Positions 59,325-64,000 of a stretch of DNA of 64,000 bases are shown here, piece after piece. The translations under genes and the position numbers were made by a program. This DNA is from Bacilli bacterium. GTDB lineage: Bacteria > Bacillota_I > Bacilli_A > RFN20 > UBA1709. The DNA is taken from positions 32,001 through 96,000 of the forward strand of contig JBMNFL010000001.1 of assembly GCA_050949315.1 (NCBI GenBank), in the 5' to 3' direction. The notes beneath the pieces are model-generated. The model was given only the letters and a program-made list of their open reading frames with translations. It ran no database searches and was not told the origin of the DNA. Numbering within the stretch: position 1 is the stretch's first letter; each line of letters starts with the position of its first letter.

Positions 59325-60496
59325 TATTCTCCTTGATCGTAAAGAGAAAAGAGCAATTGTTGCATTGGCGAATAAGTCACGACATAAACTGGACTACCAT
59401 CAGGATAATAAGTTCCCGATTCTTGTGCATCTTCTTGATCAATATAACTATCAACACCAGTACTAATACCCTGACTTTTAAGATATAAGTCATTCAGCCA
59501 ATCTTGGAATTCGCTGAAAAATTTGTGCTCCTCCCAGTATTCATCATAATTAGCGTACTCATTTAAAACTAGTGAACTTAGGCTTGCCTGCACCTCTTCA
59601 AAATCTTCTTTAGAACAGGAGTAGTATACCGCACTTAATAAGCGGGGGCAGGCCCGGAAATAGGCGCTGTATTTAATAAAGGAATTGTCGCTATTTAAAC
59701 AAACAAGTAAAGCGCACAAATTGGCATCATCTTCGCGCATAACACCTTTGGAATGTGCTAGTTCATGGGCTAATGTAAAAGGTATTTCTACGGGTGGCAT
59801 TAATTTATTGACATGGTTTTCGCCAGTTAAACTAAAACTAATACCCGTTGTTTGCATCTCACTTAAAAACCAACTATTTAATAGATATTTGGTTTTGGGA
59901 CTATAACTAGAAAAATAATCATCATTTAATTTTTGATACTCTTCGCTAATTAAGTTATGAAGCTCATCAAGGCTTAAACGGAGTTTAGCAGAGCCCGCAC
60001 TATCGCGTTCTAAATCATTAGCGACCGTGTTGAAATTATCAATATAGGCAAGGGCAATTGTCTTGACTTTATCGCTACTTATTTCCTCTGAATAGTTAGG
60101 AAAATTTAAGGGCGCTCTTTTATAACTTGGTCCGGTTACAAAGGCATAGATAGCTATGATTAAGGCGTAGACAAGAACGATATCTACCAAAGAATTCAAG
60201 GCTTTAATAAAGCGTCCTTTAAAGAGTTTTTTAAAGAAAAGGACTAGCCAAATTAGTGTAAATAGAAGAGCAACTAAAACTAGTATTTCAAATAGGCTAA
60301 AGGGTAGGATACTGCTAATGTGGCCAAAAGCATAGACCCAGTAACGCTGGATGTGGCGGGCCCAAAACTCAGCACTACTTTCATTCAAACCCAAAAAATA
60401 GGCGGCTAGCAAAAGTAAGCCACTTATAATCATGATGATAAATCTTCTTAGCCAAGGATGTTTAATTCCTGGGTTGTTTTTAAATAAAGATCTCAT
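59321..60496 (-). CDS. DUF3810-like membrane protein with HEXXH motif
   Basis: PFSLFE, FSLTGENHVN, PFTLAHELAH.KG..REDDAN, KYSAY. Confidence 0.75.
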   Translation of the reverse strand: MRSLFKNNPGIKHPWLRRFIIMIISGLLLLAAYFLGLNESSAEFWARHIQRYWVYAFGHISSILPFSLFEILVLVALLFTLIWLVLFFKKLFKGRFIKALNSLVDIVLVYALIIAIYAFVTGPSYKRAPLNFPNYSEEISSDKVKTIALAYIDNFNTVANDLERDSAGSAKLRLSLDELHNLISEEYQKLNDDYFSSYSPKTKYLLNSWFLSEMQTTGISFSLTGENHVNKLMPPVEIPFTLAHELAHSKGVMREDDANLCALLVCLNSDNSFIKYSAYFRACPRLLSAVYYSCSKEDFEEVQASLSSLVLNEYANYDEYWEEHKFFSEFQDWLNDLYLKSQGISTGVDSYIDQEDAQESGTYYPDGSPVYVVTYSPMQQLLFSLYDQGEY

Positions 60497-60556
60497 GCTT
60501 AAATTATAACGTAAAAGTTTTGTCTTGTTAATAAGTAACACTTTTAAATTAAAGAC

Positions 60557-60585
60557 TTGCAATAACAGCCTTGATAGTTTAAAAT
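60557..60585 (+). promoter_or_regulatory. sigmaA promoter of the metNIQ leader
   Basis: TTGCAA-17 nt-TAAAAT. Confidence 0.7.
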
Positions 60586-60591
60586 TAGGCC

Positions 60592-60836
60592 ATAAAACGA
60601 AGAAGAGAAGAGTAACTAGCGTCATTACCTTTTAGAGAGCTTCGCTTGGTGAAAAGAAGTAGGGAAAGGCTTAGTGAAGATGGTCTTGGAGTTGTGGTAT
60701 CGAAGTAATTTAGGTATCATCGGGTCCGCCCGTTATCGCGCAAGAGTATGATGGTACTCTGTAAGGTGTTTATCGTGAGGTAAGCATAAATTAAGGTGGT
60801 AACACGAGTAATTCGTCCTTAAAGGGACGTTTTTTG
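60592..60836 (+). promoter_or_regulatory. Met T-box riboswitch
   Basis: AGAGA and GGTGAAA stem I motifs, specifier GAAG-ATG (60680-60682), T-box AAGGTGGTAACACG (60793-60806), terminator CGTCCTT-AA-AGGGACG-TTTTTT. Confidence 0.9.
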
Positions 60837-60856
60837 TTTTTTAAGGGGGTTAAGTC

Positions 60857-61849
60857 ATGATTGAATTGAAGCATGTTTCAAAAAGTTTTCCAACTAAAAG
60901 TGGGACTGTAGTAGCCTTAAATGATATCAATTTATGCATTGAAGATGGTGACATTTACGGCATAATTGGTCTTTCTGGGGCCGGTAAAAGCACTTTGGTT
61001 CGCTGCATCAATCTTTTGGAAAAGCCCAGTGCGGGAGAAATTTATATTGATGGTGAAAATATTCTTGAATTTGATGCTAAACGCTTATCGGCTCTTAGAC
61101 GTAATATTGGAATGATTTTTCAAAGTTTTAATCTACTAGAACAACGAACGGTTGCCGCTAATATCGCCTTCCCCTTAGAAATTGCTAAATACAGCAAAGA
61201 AGAGCGGGAGAAAAGAGTTAAAGAATTATTAAAACTGGTTGGCCTTGTAGATAAAGAAAAGGCCTATCCCTCACAATTAAGCGGCGGTCAAAAACAAAGA
61301 GTGGCGATTGCTCGAGCCTTGGCCACAAGACCAAAGTATTTGCTTTGCGACGAAGCAACTAGTTCTCTTGATCCCAACACAACCTCTTCAATTCTGAATC
61401 TATTAAAAAGTATCAATCAGGAATTGGGTGTAACTATTATTGTAATAACCCATGAAATGCGGGTAATTGAAAGCATTTGTAACAAGGTGGCTGTCATTGA
61501 CCATAGTCAAATTGTGGAGTCAGGCTTAGTCAGTCAAGTTTTTGCCGATCCCAAGTCGCAAATAGCTCGCGAATTAATCCTGCCAGATCTGCTCAAACTT
61601 CCGGCCAAAGACACCACCCAAGTGCGTTTTCGCTTGATTTTTAAAGGTGAGGTTATCAATCAACCCATTATTTCGGATTTAGCGATTAAATGTCAGGTGC
61701 CAATTAATATTCTCTATGCAGATGCCAAGAGTATTGAGAATAAAACTTATGGCCAGATGGTTATAACAATTCCTAATGAAGAGGAAGTTGTCAGTAAAAT
61801 TACGGCCTATCTTGATCAAGTTAAAGTTACCTATGTTAAGGAGGTGTAG
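60857..61849 (+). CDS. metN: methionine ABC transporter ATPase
   Basis: GLSGAGKS, YPSQLSGGQKQR, CDEATSSLDP, C-terminal NIL domain. Confidence 0.94.
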   Translation: MIELKHVSKSFPTKSGTVVALNDINLCIEDGDIYGIIGLSGAGKSTLVRCINLLEKPSAGEIYIDGENILEFDAKRLSALRRNIGMIFQSFNLLEQRTVAANIAFPLEIAKYSKEEREKRVKELLKLVGLVDKEKAYPSQLSGGQKQRVAIARALATRPKYLLCDEATSSLDPNTTSSILNLLKSINQELGVTIIVITHEMRVIESICNKVAVIDHSQIVESGLVSQVFADPKSQIARELILPDLLKLPAKDTTQVRFRLIFKGEVINQPIISDLAIKCQVPINILYADAKSIENKTYGQMVITIPNEEEVVSKITAYLDQVKVTYVKEV

Positions 61850-61851
61850 AG

Positions 61852-62544
61852 ATGAGTGATCTTTTAAAACAACTGTTTAGTGATGGTATGATTTCCTTAG
61901 GTGTTTGGGAGACCATTTACATGACGCTTATTTCGACTTTAGTGGCCTATATCTTAGGCTTACCTTTGGGAATTATTGTTTCGGTTAGTGACAAGGATGG
62001 TCTTAGACCCGTAGCCTGGCTAAACAAAATTCTCAGTTTCTTAATCAATATTTTTCGCAGCATCCCCTTTATTATCTTAATGGTGGCCATGCTTCCTGTT
62101 GCTAAAGTTATTGTCGGTACCAGTCTTGGCAACAAAGCGATGATTGTGATGCTCATCATTGCCGCCGCACCTTATATTGCTAGGATGGTGGAATCTTCAC
62201 TTAAAGAGGTTGATAAGGGGGTTATTGAAGCGGCAAAATCCATGGGTGCCAGTAATTGGAAGATTATTTGTAAGGTTCTTTTGCCTGAAGCAAAACCAGC
62301 CCTAATTATGGGCGCGGTTATTTCAACGATTACAGTTTTAGGTTATACGGCCATGGCTGGTACGATTGGAGGTACGGGGCTAGGCGCTTTAGCCATTACC
62401 TATGGTTATGAGCGTTTCAAAGATGATGTTATTTGGGTCTGTGTTCTTTTGATGGTAATTATTGTTCAAATTATTCAAGAAATCGGAATGTTTATCGTTA
62501 GGAAAAGCGATAAACGCCAACATACTACAGCGATAGAAAACTAG
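61852..62544 (+). CDS. metI: methionine ABC transporter permease
   Basis: RSIPFIIL, EAAKSMGA, AMAGTIGG.GLG. Confidence 0.93.
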   Translation: MSDLLKQLFSDGMISLGVWETIYMTLISTLVAYILGLPLGIIVSVSDKDGLRPVAWLNKILSFLINIFRSIPFIILMVAMLPVAKVIVGTSLGNKAMIVMLIIAAAPYIARMVESSLKEVDKGVIEAAKSMGASNWKIICKVLLPEAKPALIMGAVISTITVLGYTAMAGTIGGTGLGALAITYGYERFKDDVIWVCVLLMVIIVQIIQEIGMFIVRKSDKRQHTTAIEN

Positions 62545-62556
62545 GAGGAAAAGAAA

Positions 62557-63390
62557 ATGAAAAAGCAAATTATTACGGGTTTATTCGCTACATTATTAGT
62601 ACTGAGCTTATCAGCTTGTGCCAAGGAAGATGACAGCAAAATTGTGGTTGGTGCCAGTTCAACTCCGCATGCGGAAATCCTTGAGCAGGTTAAAGAGAGT
62701 TTAAAAGAAGAGGGTTATAAATTGGAGATTAAGGTGTTAGATGATTATGTTACACCTAATACCTTTTTAGAAGAAGGCACTATTGATGCTAATTATTTCC
62801 AACATACACCTTATCTAGAAAACTTTAACAAAGAAAAAGGGACGCATTTAGTGGCGGTCGCTAAGATTCACTATGAGCCTTTAGCGATTTATGGCAAGAA
62901 TGTCAGTGCAACGGATTATCAGACAAATAAGAGTGGGCGCACCATCATTATCCCTTCTGATGGTTCGAATTGCACCCGAGCACTCTTTGTCTTGCAAGAT
63001 GAGGGTTATATCAGTTTAAAGGCCGGGGTTAAGGCTAGCGATAATCTTTCGGTCTTAGATATTGCTGATGCTAAAAACAACACGGTGACGCCGGTTGAAG
63101 CTAAGCAAATACCGGCTCAACTTGCCAACGCTCAAGAAGGAACCATCGCTTGCATCAATGGTAACTACGCTTTAGCAGCCGGCTTAAACTTCAGCGATTC
63201 CTTAGCAAGTGAGGTGGCAACTGGCGAAGCGGCTTTGCTTTACGCCAATATCATTGCCGTTAAAAAGGGAAAGGAAGATAGTCCGAAAATAAAGGCCTTG
63301 GTTAAGGCGCTACAAAGCGAAAAGGTTTATAATTATATTAATAACACCTATGCGGGCGCGGTTAAGCCTTCATTTAGTTTGGATAAATAG
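62557..63390 (+). CDS. metQ: methionine-binding lipoprotein (MetQ/NlpA)
   Basis: Lipobox LSAC, PHAEIL, DYVTPN, DANYFQH, INGNYA. Confidence 0.93.
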   Translation: MKKQIITGLFATLLVLSLSACAKEDDSKIVVGASSTPHAEILEQVKESLKEEGYKLEIKVLDDYVTPNTFLEEGTIDANYFQHTPYLENFNKEKGTHLVAVAKIHYEPLAIYGKNVSATDYQTNKSGRTIIIPSDGSNCTRALFVLQDEGYISLKAGVKASDNLSVLDIADAKNNTVTPVEAKQIPAQLANAQEGTIACINGNYALAAGLNFSDSLASEVATGEAALLYANIIAVKKGKEDSPKIKALVKALQSEKVYNYINNTYAGAVKPSFSLDK

Positions 63391-63441
63391 TTTTAAAAAT
63401 CCAAGTGGGCTTACGCCCAAAATTTCAAGAATTTCAAAATT

Positions 63442-63468
63442 TTAGCACTTTTCACTTGACAGTGCTAA
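63442..63468 (+). promoter_or_regulatory. CIRCE element 1, overlapping the -35 of the hrcA promoter
   Basis: TTAGCACTT-N9-CAGTGCTAA; TTGACA (63456-63461)-16 nt-TATAAT (63478-63483). Confidence 0.88.
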
Positions 63469-63488
63469 TTTTTTGTCTATAATAGAGA

Positions 63489-63515
63489 TTGGCAGTCTAA
63501 ACCAAAGAGTGCTAA
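63489..63515 (+). promoter_or_regulatory. CIRCE element 2
   Basis: TTGGCAGTC-N9-GAGTGCTAA immediately before the AGGAGG RBS. Confidence 0.85.
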
Positions 63516-63528
63516 AGGAGGCGAGTTT

Positions 63529-64000
63529 ATGCGTCCGTTAAATCGGAAAGAGCGGATTTTAAAACTGATAGTTGAACAGTTCGTTCAAACGGCAGAGCCA
63601 GTTGGCAGTAATGCGCTGATTCATGAAGAGGGTTTGCATTGTTCAAGTGCCACCATTCGCAATGAAATGGCCGAACTGGAAAATATGGGTTATTTAGAAA
63701 AGACTCATACTTCTTCAGGACGAGTACCTAGTGCCAAAGGCTATCGTTATTATATCGATCACCTGCGGGATGAAATAGAAGACGTCAATATTCGTTATCA
63801 AATTCAAAGTCTCTTTGAAGTCCGCAAGAATTTGCAAATTGAAGAAGCTATTAAACACGGTTGCGAGATTATCGCGCAGATGACAAACTTGACTTCCGTT
63901 GTTCTTGGTCCAGACGCCCAATTTGAATGTATTAAAAAGATTCAGCTGGTACCCCTTGATGAAAGGACAGCGGTTGGTGTCTTTATTACCGATCGGGGCC
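63529..64000 (+). CDS. hrcA: heat-inducible transcription repressor HrcA (3'-truncated by the window; absent from the ORF track)
   Basis: Manual translation MRPLNRKERILKLIVEQFVQTAEPVGS...SSATIRNEMAELE..GYLEKTHTSSGRVPS.KGYRYY. Confidence 0.95.
   Translation, partial: MRPLNRKERILKLIVEQFVQTAEPVGSNALIHEEGLHCSSATIRNEMAELENMGYLEKTHTSSGRVPSAKGYRYYIDHLRDEIEDVNIRYQIQSLFEVRKNLQIEEAIKHGCEIIAQMTNLTSVVLGPDAQFECIKKIQLVPLDERTAVGVFITDRG

Noticed and set aside
60592-60836. SAM (S-box) riboswitch upstream of metN
   Set aside because: The leader has clear T-box hallmarks with an ATG specifier. T-box control of Met transport is already known in Bacillota.
63715-63921. Minus-strand 68-aa ORF
   Set aside because: It lies antisense to hrcA, which the ORF track missed because hrcA runs off the window.

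Overview
A 64-kb chromosomal window from a low-GC Bacillota (Bacilli-like) bacterium using the standard genetic code. It is mostly housekeeping: rpiB-glyA-upp, a complete V-type ATPase operon with Na+-binding residues, yhaM/hit/PrsA-like lipoproteins, sufCDSUB, tRNA-Ser(GGA), T-box-controlled trpS and metNIQ, spxA-nadK-CYTH, maf-rnj-gdh, gmk-priA-rsmB-rlmN-rsgA-rpe, a glycerol operon, a short glmU plus a LoaP-like antiterminator, hemW, and the 5' part of hrcA with two CIRCE boxes. Accessory DNA comprises an AbiE-like type IV TA pair (1-1423), a Schlafen/AlbA_2-GHKL-wHTH gene, and two different IS481-like elements. Two structures stand out. (1) The two IS elements are stacked in the same orientation at one site inside the spxA promoter, separated by three identical 22-bp (27-bp with flanks) direct repeats, giving a repeat-IS-repeat-IS-repeat array in which each insertion regenerates the target. 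(2) The Schlafen/AlbA_2 gene has a 12-bp tandem repeat over its own promoter and a 30/31-identical inverted copy inside its coding sequence, where it encodes an NVxP linker and forms a candidate antisense promoter. All protein calls come from motif recognition and gene order; no database searches were run.
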